A stretch of 64,000 nucleotides of DNA from Gemmatimonadota bacterium (GCA_039587355.1 JBDHIO010000009.1:4907-68906); one strand, 5' to 3'. Counted from the first letter of the stretch, positions 16,965 through 26,824 are shown. Notes: generated by a model not told the origin, from the letters alone. Translations and numbers: made by a program.

Positions 16965-18071
16965 CTACACTCCCTCGGCGGTCTCTGCGATGAGGTGGTC
17001 CACCACGGCCGAGAGTTCTCCGGTTTCCTCGAAAACGGCCACCTGGCGCTGAGAACTGCTGCCGTGCTCGAGGATATGAAGTGCGTACTCCACCTCCGCG
17101 CGCGACCCGAGATCGTCGAGCACGTCGTCCAGGAACCAGCCGATGAACTCGCGAATCAACTCGGGGGCCGGCTTCTCCTCCTGTTTCCCGAAATCGATCA
17201 TGTTGCCCGTTACGCCGTATCGTGCGGCGCGCCACTTGTTCTCGTTGATCAGCGTCGCGGGGTACTGGCGGAACGTCAGGTTGTCTCGCCGGAGTCTCCA
17301 GAGCTTCGCGACGAGCGCCTGGAAGATCGCCGCGATGCAGACAACCTCGTCGACCCGCGTGCACATGTCGCAGATCCGGAACTCGAGCGTCGGGTACGAG
17401 TGGTTCGGTCGGACATCCCACCAGATCTTGCTCGAATCCGGGATCGTGTTCGCCCGCACGAGGGTCTCGATGAGGTACTCGTATTCGCCGTAGGAATCGA
17501 AGGTCAGCGGGAGCCCCGTGCGCGGGAAGTTCGACCAGTTGATCGTGCGGTACGAGTGCAACCCGGTCTGCCGGCCCTCCCAGAACGGCGAGCTCGCCGA
17601 CAGCGCGAGCACGTGCGGCAGGAAATACCGGGAGACATTCATGGCATCCATGAGGAACTCGCGATCCTCGATCCCCACGTGGACGTGCATCCCGAAGATC
17701 AGGTTGCGCGCGGCCACCTCCTGCAGGTCCTCACGCAGCCCGATGTACCGCTCGAGCGGGGTGATCTTCTGCTCGGTCCAGTTCGAGAACGGGTGCGACC
17801 CGGCCGCGACGATCCTCAGCCCGCTCTCGGCGACCTTGCTCGACACCAGGCGCCGCATCTTCACGACCTCGGCCCGGGCGTCCTGCACGGTCTCGCATAC
17901 GGTGCTCGCCATCTCCACGACGGATTGGTGGAGCTCCGGCTTCATCTGTTCGCGGAGTACGACGTGCTCCGAATCGAGGATCTCCGTGATGTAGGACGTC
18001 AGCTCCCGGGTCTCCGGGTCGACGACCTGGTACTCCTCCTCGATTCCGAGCGTGAGCGAAGGGGCTTTCAT
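16965..18071 (-). CDS. ybdK: carboxylate-amine ligase YbdK (glutamate-cysteine ligase family 2)
   Basis: 368 aa. GCS2 family hallmarks LTLGIEEEYQVVD, HVHVGI and WWDVRP. Confidence 0.85.
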   Translation of the reverse strand: MKAPSLTLGIEEEYQVVDPETRELTSYITEILDSEHVVLREQMKPELHQSVVEMASTVCETVQDARAEVVKMRRLVSSKVAESGLRIVAAGSHPFSNWTEQKITPLERYIGLREDLQEVAARNLIFGMHVHVGIEDREFLMDAMNVSRYFLPHVLALSASSPFWEGRQTGLHSYRTINWSNFPRTGLPLTFDSYGEYEYLIETLVRANTIPDSSKIWWDVRPNHSYPTLEFRICDMCTRVDEVVCIAAIFQALVAKLWRLRRDNLTFRQYPATLINENKWRAARYGVTGNMIDFGKQEEKPAPELIREFIGWFLDDVLDDLGSRAEVEYALHILEHGSSSQRQVAVFEETGELSAVVDHLIAETAEGV

Positions 18072-18145
18072 GCGGCGATTCCTTGGCGGCAGTCGTTTTC
18101 CAGCGTCAACCTAACGTGCGGTTCGGGTCGCGCACCCCGACCCGA

Positions 18146-18769
18146 TCATTCCTCTCCCTCGGGGGGCTTTACCCGGCGGACCTGTTCGAGCAAGGCGAGC
18201 AGTCCGAAGGCCTCCTGGCGGATCTGGGCATGCCGGAGCGCGTCCCAGTTCGTCGTGATGTACTCGGTCAGGTATCGAGTGACGTGCGGGAGCGAGATCG
18301 CGCGGAATCCCTTCACGATCTTCGGATCGACGATGGATCCGAAGGCCAGCATGCGAACGCTCACGTCGCCCTCCCAACGCGTCTCACCGCGCCGCTCGAG
18401 GTCCCGGAAGCTCCGCTCCTGACCCTCGAAAGGTGCGAGCCCGGAGCGTGAAAGCACCGCTGCCAGAATCGCGCGGTCCCTGGCACCCCGATTGAGCTCG
18501 GCGCGACCCTCCTTCACCTCGACGATCAGAAGGTCCGCCGTGGCGCGAGGAATCGCGAGCTCGGGGTCCGGCTCGAACGGCTCGACCTGGCGGTGATCTC
18601 CAGCCGAGGCAATCCCGCCCGCGGTGCACAGCCGTAGCGCGAGGAGGTCGATGTCGGTCGCCGATTGATATCCCCCGCCCGGTATGGACGTCAGAACCGG
18701 GTATTCGGCCACGGTGAAGTATCCGTTCACGTGCAGGTACGCCTGAACGAGCGAGACCGCGTGGTCCAT
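18146..18769 (-). CDS. PD-(D/E)xK nuclease superfamily protein (Mrr/Hjc-like fold), function unknown
   Basis: Internal Met MDHAVSLVQAYLHVNGYF. Catalytic-type signature D-IDLLAL ... LLIVEVKEG (D...E-V-K). 75 bp upstream of ybdK on the same strand. Confidence 0.55.
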   Translation of the reverse strand: MDHAVSLVQAYLHVNGYFTVAEYPVLTSIPGGGYQSATDIDLLALRLCTAGGIASAGDHRQVEPFEPDPELAIPRATADLLIVEVKEGRAELNRGARDRAILAAVLSRSGLAPFEGQERSFRDLERRGETRWEGDVSVRMLAFGSIVDPKIVKGFRAISLPHVTRYLTEYITTNWDALRHAQIRQEAFGLLALLEQVRRVKPPEGEE

Positions 18770-19113
18770 CTTCTTCTCCCTCGGGATCCGCGCCGGGAGG
18801 GTTGTAGAACATGCCTCCCGGCGCCGTCGTAACGCCGGAAAACCCGCGTCAAATGGGGCTGTTCCCAAGATAGCGTCAAATCTCCCCACTGGCGTCATGC
18901 AGACTGCGATACCAACTCTCGGGCGTCATAAGTCGTTCGCAGGTAACAGGTTATCCGTAACTCAGGTCGTCTGGCGGAAGCTCGAAACGCTGGAACTCCG
19001 CGTGGTTATTGAAGAAACGCCACCTCGAGGGCTTGCAATCGCGCTTCTGTTCTCTTTCTTTTCGGGTGCTCGCACCGGTTATGTGTGCTCACCACACCAG
19101 GGGAGGATCTAGG

Positions 19114-19407
19114 ATGACCAAGGACGAATTTGCGGCGAAGCTCGCGGGGAAGTGTGACCTGAGCAAAGCCAAGGCTCGCGAAGTGATCGACTGCATCTTC
19201 TCGACCGACTCGGGTCACGGCATCATCGCCGTCGAGCTCGATGCGGGCCGCGACTTCACCGTCACGGGCTTCGGTACGTTCGGCACCCGTCGCAGGAAGG
19301 CGCGCATGGGCCGTAACCCGCAGACCGGCCAGTCGATCCACATCCCGGCCATGACCGTCCCGACGTTCAAGGCCGGCAAGGGCCTCAAGGATCGCGTCCG
19401 AGTCTAA
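19114..19407 (+). CDS. hup: HU family DNA-binding protein
   Basis: MTKDEFAAKLAGKCDLSKAKAREVIDCIF...GFGTFGTRRRKARMGRNPQTGQSIHIPAMTVPTFKAGKGLKD is the canonical HU/IHF fold sequence. RBS GGAGGA upstream. Confidence 0.85.
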   Translation: MTKDEFAAKLAGKCDLSKAKAREVIDCIFSTDSGHGIIAVELDAGRDFTVTGFGTFGTRRRKARMGRNPQTGQSIHIPAMTVPTFKAGKGLKDRVRV

Positions 19408-19580
19408 ACGGACTCGTTCGGAAGCCCTCCGCGGGCTTTCGGGAGCGGTGGCGCGGAGCTTGGTCCGACCGTAATCGGACCCACCTCGACCGGGGTGCGA
19501 GCCGCCGCAACAACCAGATCTGGCTGCGCCCGGGGTCACCTCGACCTCGGGCGACCGCTCCCCTCACCCCTCCACCCAAC

Positions 19581-20723
19581 TCAGAGTCGCAGGATCTCGG
19601 GCAGCTTCCTCAACGCCTCCAGGCTGTGCCCGGACTCAAAGTCGTCGATGTACGGAAGCGCCGCCCGCATCCCCCGTGCTTCGGGCGCGTAGCGTGAGTT
19701 TTCGAGAAGCGGGTTCAGCCAGACGACCCTGCGGGCGCGACGCTGTATCCGTTGCATCGCACGCTCGAGGGGTTCTATCTCGCCCTGATCCAGCCCATCC
19801 GAGAGGATGACGACGAGCGTGCGTCGCCCGAGCATCGCCCGGCCATGGCGCTCGACGAAGTCGGCCAGGCACTCCCCGATCCGGGTGCCGCTCGACCAGC
19901 CCCTCGCCCGGAGCTCCTCGAGCGCCTCGTCCACCCGGGTGCGGCCGAGCCACGGTGTGAGGTGGGTCAGCCGCGTGCTGAACGCGAAGGTCTCGATGTC
20001 GGTCGCCCGACCTGTCGCGAGCATGAACTGCACGAGGAAGCGGCTGTAGCGTTCCATTGATCCGCTGACATCGCACAACACGACCACCTTCGGGGGCTCA
20101 CGCTTTCGTCTTCGGCGTAGCAGACGGAGCCACTCGCCTTCCGTCCGCACCGCATGGGCCGCGCTGCGGCGCAGGTCCACGGGGCCCCGGCGGCCGCCGG
20201 GCTCGAGACGTCGGCTCCGGCGGGTCGAGAGGCGGATCAGCAGCCCCTCGATCCACCGGTCGAGGTCCTTGAGCTCGTTGTCGGAGACCGCGGAGAACGA
20301 ACGTCTCGCCAGGTGCTCGGCCGCGCTGTACGCGCCCCCGATCGCGGGACCCCGCCCCTCGTCTCCGGCCTCGGCTCGCACAGGGCGACCGGCGCTGCCG
20401 AGAGGAACGTCCGGCGTCACCCCGTGCCTGCCCGGGCGGGGCAATGGGGTGTCGGGGAGACGTGGGGCTCCTCGCCAGAGACGCTCGAAGCACGCGTCGA
20501 AGACCGGCAGGTCCGCCTCGCGCGAGCAGAAGGCGGCGCGCAGTCCGTGATGGACGTCGAGGCGGTCGGACAGGTCGAGCAGCCCCGCGGCGTTGCGTGC
20601 GAGAATGGCCTCGGAGAGCGAGCTCTCCAGGCCTTCGTCCCTCAACGCCGCCGCGAGGGCGGTGATCCAGGCGTTCGGGTCGTCGAGAATGCTTCCCGGC
20701 CCCCCGTGGGGGTCGCCGGTCAC
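19581..20723 (-). CDS. VWA domain protein (CoxE-like), partner of the MoxR ATPase
   Basis: C-terminal vWA/MIDAS VVVLCDVSGSM...TRIGECL...LVVILSDG. GTG start overlaps the upstream MoxR stop (GTGA). Confidence 0.75.
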   Translation of the reverse strand: MTGDPHGGPGSILDDPNAWITALAAALRDEGLESSLSEAILARNAAGLLDLSDRLDVHHGLRAAFCSREADLPVFDACFERLWRGAPRLPDTPLPRPGRHGVTPDVPLGSAGRPVRAEAGDEGRGPAIGGAYSAAEHLARRSFSAVSDNELKDLDRWIEGLLIRLSTRRSRRLEPGGRRGPVDLRRSAAHAVRTEGEWLRLLRRRRKREPPKVVVLCDVSGSMERYSRFLVQFMLATGRATDIETFAFSTRLTHLTPWLGRTRVDEALEELRARGWSSGTRIGECLADFVERHGRAMLGRRTLVVILSDGLDQGEIEPLERAMQRIQRRARRVVWLNPLLENSRYAPEARGMRAALPYIDDFESGHSLEALRKLPEILRL

Positions 20724-21601
20724 GAGTCGGCGCCGGAGCGGTCCAGTAGCGCGTGGATCCTGTCTGGGTCCAGGCCCGCGTAGTCCCCGGGGTCCTTGAT
20801 CAGGGTGCCCAGAGTCGCATCGACGGTCTCGGCATCGACGGTCTCGGCGCCCGTCGCAGCGAGTGCCGCAGCGAAATCGAGCGTCTCCGCGACGCCCGGG
20901 GTTTTCGACAGCCGCTCGGTTCGAAGTCGCTGGACGAGATCCACCGCGTCGGTCCTCAGCTCGGCATCGAGGTCGGGGAAGCGTCGCGCCAGAATCGTGA
21001 GCTCGGTGTCGCGATCGGGGTAGTCGATCCACAGGTAGAGGCACCTCCGCCGGAGGGCGTCGGAGAGCTCCCGCGTTCCGTTCGAGGTGAGGATCACGAT
21101 CGGACGGGTCGCGGCGGTGATCGTCCCCAGTTCGGGAATCGAGATCTGGAAGTCCGAGAGCACCTCCAGAAGGAAGGCTTCGAACTCCTCATCCGCCCGA
21201 TCGATCTCGTCGATCAGCAGTACGACGCGATCGGGGCTGCGGATGGCCCGAAGAAGCGGTCGCGCGAGGAGGAACTCCTCTCCGTATATGGTCCGCTCGA
21301 GGTCCTCGGGCGTGGCTTCGTTCTGCTCGAGCCTGATGCGCAACAACTGCTTCTGATAGTTCCACTCGTATAGAGCGGTGTGTGCGTCCAGCCCTTCATA
21401 GCATTGCAGCCGAATGAGCTCGAGGCTCAGCCACGAGGCGAGGGCCTTCGCGATCTCGGTCTTTCCCACACCGGCCGCCCCTTCGACGAGCAGCGGCTTT
21501 TCCAGGGCGAGGGCCAGGTGCACCGTGGTGGCCAGTCCACGCCCGGCGATGTAGCCCTCGGCTCCCAGTCCGTCTCGTACTTCCTCGATCTCGTGTCGCA
21601 C
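20720..21601 (-). CDS. MoxR-family AAA+ ATPase (CoxD-like)
   Basis: Walker A GAAGVGKT, Walker B LLIDEID, sensor RRC. 293 aa. Contains a 15-bp tandem duplication (ETVDAETVDA). Confidence 0.85.
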   Translation of the reverse strand: MRHEIEEVRDGLGAEGYIAGRGLATTVHLALALEKPLLVEGAAGVGKTEIAKALASWLSLELIRLQCYEGLDAHTALYEWNYQKQLLRIRLEQNEATPEDLERTIYGEEFLLARPLLRAIRSPDRVVLLIDEIDRADEEFEAFLLEVLSDFQISIPELGTITAATRPIVILTSNGTRELSDALRRRCLYLWIDYPDRDTELTILARRFPDLDAELRTDAVDLVQRLRTERLSKTPGVAETLDFAAALAATGAETVDAETVDATLGTLIKDPGDYAGLDPDRIHALLDRSGADS

Positions 21602-21751
21602 GTCTCGATCCCTCGCGAGGGTGCCCGCGGAGGGCCCCGGGTTGACGACCTTCCCCCGATCCCTCCAGCTTCCGCTCCCACCGGACCGCGCCGGGTCCGG
21701 TGCACCCCGACATTATACCGCTTGGACACCCCGACAGCCTTCCAGAGGTCG

Positions 21752-22222
21752 ATGGCGATTCACATAGAAAAGGAATTCGATGTTCCGCAGCCCGTCGAGG
21801 AGGTGTGGGACTTCCTCACCGACCCGGAATGCATCGTTTCGTGCCTTCCCGGCGCGACGCTTCTCGACGCGATCGACGACCGGACGTTTCGGGGCGAGAT
21901 CGGGATGAAGCTCGGTCCGATCGGGACTGTCTTCAAAGGCGTGATTCGCTTCGACGAGCTGGACCCGTCTGATCACCACGTCGTGATGACGGGGGAGGGG
22001 AGGGACGACAAGGGAATCGGCAGCGTGAAGATGACGATGACGAGCAACCTCAGGCCGGGAGCCGAGGGTGGAACCCACGTCTGGGTCTCGCAGACCGTCA
22101 GTCTCGCCGGCCGCCTCGCCTCGTTTGGACGCGGGGGAGTGATCCAGTCGGTCGCCGATGTCGTCTTCGGGCGTTTCACGGGGTGTGTGAAGCAGAAGAT
22201 CGCCGAGCGGAGCAACGCCTGA
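21752..22222 (+). CDS. CoxG / SRPBCC family protein
   Basis: MAIHIEKEFDVPQPVEEVWDFLTDPECIVSCLPGA... is a typical carbon-monoxide dehydrogenase subunit G-like (polyketide cyclase/SRPBCC) N-terminus. Confidence 0.7.
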   Translation: MAIHIEKEFDVPQPVEEVWDFLTDPECIVSCLPGATLLDAIDDRTFRGEIGMKLGPIGTVFKGVIRFDELDPSDHHVVMTGEGRDDKGIGSVKMTMTSNLRPGAEGGTHVWVSQTVSLAGRLASFGRGGVIQSVADVVFGRFTGCVKQKIAERSNA

Positions 22223-22238
22223 ATCGGGGGGAGCGTCC

Positions 22239-23069
22239 GTGAGTCTGATAGATCTGCATTCCCACGTGCTGCCGGGCGTCGACGATGGCGCCCAGGACGT
22301 CGAGGAGTCGCTGGCGGCGCTGCGGGCCCTGGAGGCGAAGGGTGTCGAGCTCGTGGCCGCGACACCCCACTTCCGTGCCTCGCTGCTCGAGCGAGCGGCT
22401 CGCGCGGCGAACCGGCTCGCGCTCTTCGACGAGGCCTACGACGAACTCTCGGGCGCGATCGCGGCCTCCGACCTGTCGATCGAGGTCGTCCGGGGGTGCG
22501 AGTTCAAGCTCGATGCTCCGATCGCCGATCTCGCGGACGACCGGCTGCGCCTCATGGGTACGGCGAGCGTGCTCGTCGAATTCGGTTCGTTTCAACTACC
22601 GCCGTTCGCCGGAAACCAGCTGCGCGCCGTCAGCGACGCCGGGTGGCAACCTCTCCTCGCCCACCCGGAGCGCTACTTCGGGATCGAGTCCGCGTTCGAC
22701 CGCGTGGCGCGATGGGTGTCGGAGGGTGCTCGGCTGCAGGTGAACGCCCGCTCGCTTTCCGGGGGGTACGGGCCCGGGCCGCGCCAGGTCGCCGCCGAAT
22801 TGCTCGCGCGGGGATGGGTGACGTGCGTGGCGAGCGACTACCACGCGCGCGGGGCGACGGAATGGAGCGCGGCCCTCGAGCTTCTCCGAACGGCCAGAGA
22901 TCCCGATGCGCCGGACGGGTCTGGGCCTGGGAGGGACGCGGAGGAATGGGTCACCGAGCTTGTGTTCGAGAATCCGCGGAGGATCCTCGCGGACGAACCG
23001 ACCCGGCCCGTCGTCCCGCGCCTTCTCGACCTCAAGAGCGGCAGGGCGCGATCCCGGCGGCGGAGGTAG
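22239..23069 (+). CDS. PHP-family protein-tyrosine phosphatase (CpsB/CapC/YwqE-like)
   Basis: N-terminal IDLHSHVLPGVDDGA with downstream His clusters (HPERY, DYHARG). Confidence 0.7.
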   Translation: MSLIDLHSHVLPGVDDGAQDVEESLAALRALEAKGVELVAATPHFRASLLERAARAANRLALFDEAYDELSGAIAASDLSIEVVRGCEFKLDAPIADLADDRLRLMGTASVLVEFGSFQLPPFAGNQLRAVSDAGWQPLLAHPERYFGIESAFDRVARWVSEGARLQVNARSLSGGYGPGPRQVAAELLARGWVTCVASDYHARGATEWSAALELLRTARDPDAPDGSGPGRDAEEWVTELVFENPRRILADEPTRPVVPRLLDLKSGRARSRRRR

Positions 23070-23408
23070 CCCGTTTCGAGCCCTTTGGGGCGACCGGTGA
23101 CGTGTTCGGGGGTCGGTTGGCGTGACGGATCCCGAGCGGGATTCGTGTGTATGCAGTCGAGAGCGTTGAGCCTGGTTCTCAACGGTTGTATTTTGAGTGG
23201 TCCGCCATCGTTGAAACCCATGTGTGGCGGGCGTTTCTCATAGATGCGAACCTCGAGCGGCTTGCGCCGAAGGCCATGCCGCGTTAAACGGACGTGCTAA
23301 TCTTCAGGCGCCGACGTGTGGTTTTGGAGGCGTCGCGGACATATAGATGGAGGGTGGCGGGCGTCGGAGCCCGCTCCTGGGCGTAAACTCGGTCCGAGGT
23401 ATCGTTAA

Positions 23409-25175
23409 ATGAGAAGCTCACGCATTGCCCTTTCGCTGGCCGGCGCAGTCGCCGTTGCCGGTTTCCTCACGGCGCTCACGGTGTCGGACGTCGCCGCGCA
23501 GGCGAGCGACCGCTCGGTCCTCGTCGCGCCCCTGATGGTCGGCGAAGGCGTCCACGGGAACTTCGGGAAGGACGTCGCGAAGCGCGTTCGCGAGGCTATG
23601 GAGGGGTTCGGCACGTACGAGGCCCTCGAGGAGGGCGACGTAAAGGACTTCCTCGGTCAGTACGACCTCAAGGCCGACGATCTCTCCCCCATTGAATGGC
23701 GACAGGTCGCGGCGCAGATGCAGGCCGCCCTCGTCATGGTCGGAACGGCCGAGCAGGATGCGAACGGCATCAACGTGAACGTGAGCTTCTTCGATCCGCG
23801 CACGCAGGACGAGTTGCCGGTGGAGCCGTTCTCCGTGCCGGACCGCAGGCAGGATCGCGAGGCCGCCGGGATCATCATCGACGGGCTTTCCGAACAGGTC
23901 GAGTACCTGCAGTCGATTCTCTTCTGCTCGGAGTACCTGTCGTCCGAGCAGGTCGAGGACGCGCTGCGGAACTGCGACCGGGCGCTCGAGATGAACGCGA
24001 ACAGCGATCGGGCCCGCTATCTCCGCGGACGCACCCACATGCTCTCCGAGTCGTGGGGCGCCGCCGCCGAGGACCTCGAGGCGGCCGTCGCGGCCGATCC
24101 GTCGAACACGGACGGGCTCCAGTCCCTCGCGTACGTGTACGCGCAGTTGGGGGATCGCGTCAATTCGCTCAAGTACTACCAGGAGTACCTGAACTTCAAT
24201 CCGGACGACGCGGCGGTCCGGCTCCAGATCGCCTTCGAGCTGGCCAGTGCGGGCGGCTTCACCGAGGCGATGCAGATCCTCGAGGACGGCGTGGCGATCG
24301 ATGACACGAACGGCGACCTCTGGGCCTACCTCGGAAACGTGGCGCTCAGCGCCGGCCAGGAGAACGGCACGGTCACCGACGAGGCGGCGATCCGTCGGTC
24401 GGTGGAGGCGTTCGGGAGGGTTCTCGACATCAAGGGCAACGACGTCGAGCCGACGATGCTCACCAACGTCGTGAACGCGAACGCGATGATCGGCGATTTC
24501 GACGCCGCGCTCGCGTTCTCCGACCGCGCGATCGAGTTGATCAATAACCCTGCTCCGGCGGAGGAGGGCGCGGAGGCGCCTGCCCAGTCGAAGGAGCAGA
24601 TGCTCGCGTCGGTGTACAACGCCCGGGCCGGTGTCTACAGCGGTATGGAGGACTACGCTTCGGCCGCCGAGGAGCTCACCAAGGCCCTGCAGAACGACCC
24701 TGACATCTCCGGTGGCTACCAGCGGGTGGCGCTCTACAAGCTGCGCGCGGGTGACACGGACGGCGCGATCACGGACTTCCGGACGGCCGTGGCGAACGGT
24801 GCGAACTCGGATGAGATCGCGAACGCCCTCTTCGGTCAGGGCTACCAGGATCACTTCGAGCAGGGCGAATACCAGGCGGCGATCGCGCTGTTCACGGTCG
24901 CGGCGGAGTTCGCCGAAGCGCCCGACACGTCGCAGCAGATCCACTTCTTCATCGCCTACGGCAACTATCAGCGCGGGACCGCGCTGGACTCGGGCAACGA
25001 GGATGCCGAGGCGTGTGGTCCGGCCCGCGCCGCCCTCGCCGCGTTCCAGGCCGTTGGCGGTCACCTGGCGCAGTCCGGCCAGTATCAGGCGAACAACCAG
25101 GCGCAGATTCGCGAGGCGGTGGACGTCCAGCTGTACCGGCAGGAGCAGATCATCGAGAAGTCCTGCCAGCGCTGA
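23409..25175 (+). CDS. secreted tetratricopeptide-repeat protein
   Basis: Signal peptide MRSSRIALSLAGAVAVAGFLTALTVSDVAAQA. Multiple TPR-like A/Y/L-rich helical repeats. Confidence 0.7.
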   Translation: MRSSRIALSLAGAVAVAGFLTALTVSDVAAQASDRSVLVAPLMVGEGVHGNFGKDVAKRVREAMEGFGTYEALEEGDVKDFLGQYDLKADDLSPIEWRQVAAQMQAALVMVGTAEQDANGINVNVSFFDPRTQDELPVEPFSVPDRRQDREAAGIIIDGLSEQVEYLQSILFCSEYLSSEQVEDALRNCDRALEMNANSDRARYLRGRTHMLSESWGAAAEDLEAAVAADPSNTDGLQSLAYVYAQLGDRVNSLKYYQEYLNFNPDDAAVRLQIAFELASAGGFTEAMQILEDGVAIDDTNGDLWAYLGNVALSAGQENGTVTDEAAIRRSVEAFGRVLDIKGNDVEPTMLTNVVNANAMIGDFDAALAFSDRAIELINNPAPAEEGAEAPAQSKEQMLASVYNARAGVYSGMEDYASAAEELTKALQNDPDISGGYQRVALYKLRAGDTDGAITDFRTAVANGANSDEIANALFGQGYQDHFEQGEYQAAIALFTVAAEFAEAPDTSQQIHFFIAYGNYQRGTALDSGNEDAEACGPARAALAAFQAVGGHLAQSGQYQANNQAQIREAVDVQLYRQEQIIEKSCQR

Positions 25176-25257
25176 CGCGCAGATGAGCCCGCGCTAGCGG
25201 GCTCGAAGGGGAGCGGGTCCGGTCGAGTGGGTCGGGCCCGTTTCTTCGCTTCACGGG

Positions 25258-25283
25258 GTGGGGAGAAGTGGGGTGAAGTGGGG
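25258..25283 (+). promoter_or_regulatory. putative MraZ operator: three GTGGGG direct repeats with 10-bp periodicity upstream of mraZ
   Basis: GTGGGGAGAAGTGGGGTGAAGTGGGGTTGC at 25258/25268/25278. Two further GTGGG units lie at 25322-25337. 95 bp upstream of the mraZ start. Confidence 0.55.
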
Positions 25284-25378
25284 TTGCATGGCACATCGAT
25301 GCATCGTATGGTGTGTCCCGGTGGGTGGAGTGGGTCGTCTTGGGAGGGACACCCTGAAATCGATGACAAAGGCCAATC

Positions 25379-25816
25379 GTGGCGGGTTTTCTTGGCAGGT
25401 TCCTGCATACGCTGGATCCCAAGGGCCGCATCAGCCTTCCGGCGCAGTTCCGGCGAGGCCGCGAATCGGATCCCTTTGTCCTCATTCAGACGCAACCCGA
25501 AGCCCTCACGCTGTATCCGGATGACGCCTGGGAAGCAGTCCAGGCCGAGTTGCTCGACTACATGAAGCGGCAGCCGGAGCACAGGCACAAAGTGCTCCGA
25601 ATCACGGCGGATGCGGTGGAAGTGGTACCGGACAAACAGGGACGGATTCTGATCCCCGAGAGGATGCGAAAGGCGGCGGGCCTGTCGGACGAAGCCTGGG
25701 TGATCGGGGCGATCAACAAGATCCAGATCTGGGATCCGGCGCGGTTCGAGGAGGCGACGGGTGATGATTCAGATGACGACGCCTTCGATCGACACATGAA
25801 GTCGGTGCTCGTATAG
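25379..25816 (+). CDS. mraZ: transcriptional regulator MraZ
   Basis: MAGFLGRFLHTLDPKGRISLPAQFRR... with the duplicated MraZ domain (second half AWVIGAINKIQIWD). Confidence 0.9.
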   Translation: MAGFLGRFLHTLDPKGRISLPAQFRRGRESDPFVLIQTQPEALTLYPDDAWEAVQAELLDYMKRQPEHRHKVLRITADAVEVVPDKQGRILIPERMRKAAGLSDEAWVIGAINKIQIWDPARFEEATGDDSDDDAFDRHMKSVLV

Positions 25817-25876
25817 CACTCGAGATAGATCGACCCGATCACCGCACGTTCGGCGGATGATGATGAGTCGAGAGAG

Positions 25877-26824
25877 GTGACCGAGAAGCAGTTTCAGCAC
25901 GAGCCGGTCATGCCGGACGAAGTGCTGCGGTTCCTGCGCCCGGAGCGTGGGGGGATTTTCTTGGACGCCACACTCGGCGGTGCGGGGCACGCGGTCCGTC
26001 TTTTAGAGGCGGAGTCGGACGTGCGGGTGATCGGGATCGATCAGGATCCGGAAGCGATCGAGGCTTCGGCGAGACGGCTCGAGAAGTACGGAGACAGGGT
26101 CGAGCTCGTTCTCGGGAACTTCCGGGATGTCGAAACGCTGGAGAGCACTACTGAAATAGATGATCTGGCGGGGGCCCTTCTGGACCTGGGCGTTTCGTCT
26201 CACCAGATCGATACAACGGCTCGCGGGTTCTCTTTTCGTCCGGGCACATCGTTGCGGATGCGGATGGGCGGGACAACCGGCGAAGATAGAGAGCCCGCGG
26301 CCGACCTTCTAAACACTGCAGCAGAAAAGGAACTCGGTCGGGTCTTCCGTGATTTTGGGGACGAGCGCAGGTGGAGGGCGCTCGCACGTGAGGTGGTGAG
26401 GCGGAGGAAGACCCGGCCGTTTTCTACAAGTGACGATCTCGTGGGGGCGCTGACCGCGGTACTGGGAAGAAGCGCCTCCGAGCGCGAAAAGGCCCGAGTG
26501 TTCCAGGCGGTCCGGATCGCGGTGAATGACGAGCTCGACGCGTTGCGCGAGGGGTTGGAGTCGATACGCGAGCGGCTGGCGGTGGGTGGGCGGCTCGTCG
26601 TGATCTCCTACCACTCTCTCGAAGACAGAATCACAAAACAGTTGTTCCGTGAATGGGCCCGGGACTGCGTGTGTCCTCCCGAGATACCGGTGTGCCGGTG
26701 CAGGGGGAAGTCTCTGGGGCGCGTACTGACGCGTCGGCCGGAGCGACCCACGGACGAAGAGGTGGGCCGGAATCCGCGGGCAAGGAGCGCACGGCTGAGA
26801 GCGTGGGAGAACTCTGGCAGTTAG
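25877..26824 (+). CDS. rsmH: 16S rRNA (cytosine1402-N4)-methyltransferase RsmH (MraW)
   Basis: HEPVMPDEVL...FLDATLGGAGHA and the DLGVSSHQ(ID) motif. Confidence 0.9.
   Translation: MTEKQFQHEPVMPDEVLRFLRPERGGIFLDATLGGAGHAVRLLEAESDVRVIGIDQDPEAIEASARRLEKYGDRVELVLGNFRDVETLESTTEIDDLAGALLDLGVSSHQIDTTARGFSFRPGTSLRMRMGGTTGEDREPAADLLNTAAEKELGRVFRDFGDERRWRALAREVVRRRKTRPFSTSDDLVGALTAVLGRSASEREKARVFQAVRIAVNDELDALREGLESIRERLAVGGRLVVISYHSLEDRITKQLFREWARDCVCPPEIPVCRCRGKSLGRVLTRRPERPTDEEVGRNPRARSARLRAWENSGS

Noticed and set aside
16770-17421. Upstream two-thirds of ORF 16252..17421
   Set aside because: Overlaps the ybdK gene in a different frame and is Arg-rich. Only the acidic 3' portion (16252..16737) looks coding.
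23418-25064. 548-aa - strand ORF
   Set aside because: Antisense to the TPR protein gene, which has a clear signal peptide and repeats. Arg-rich junk composition.
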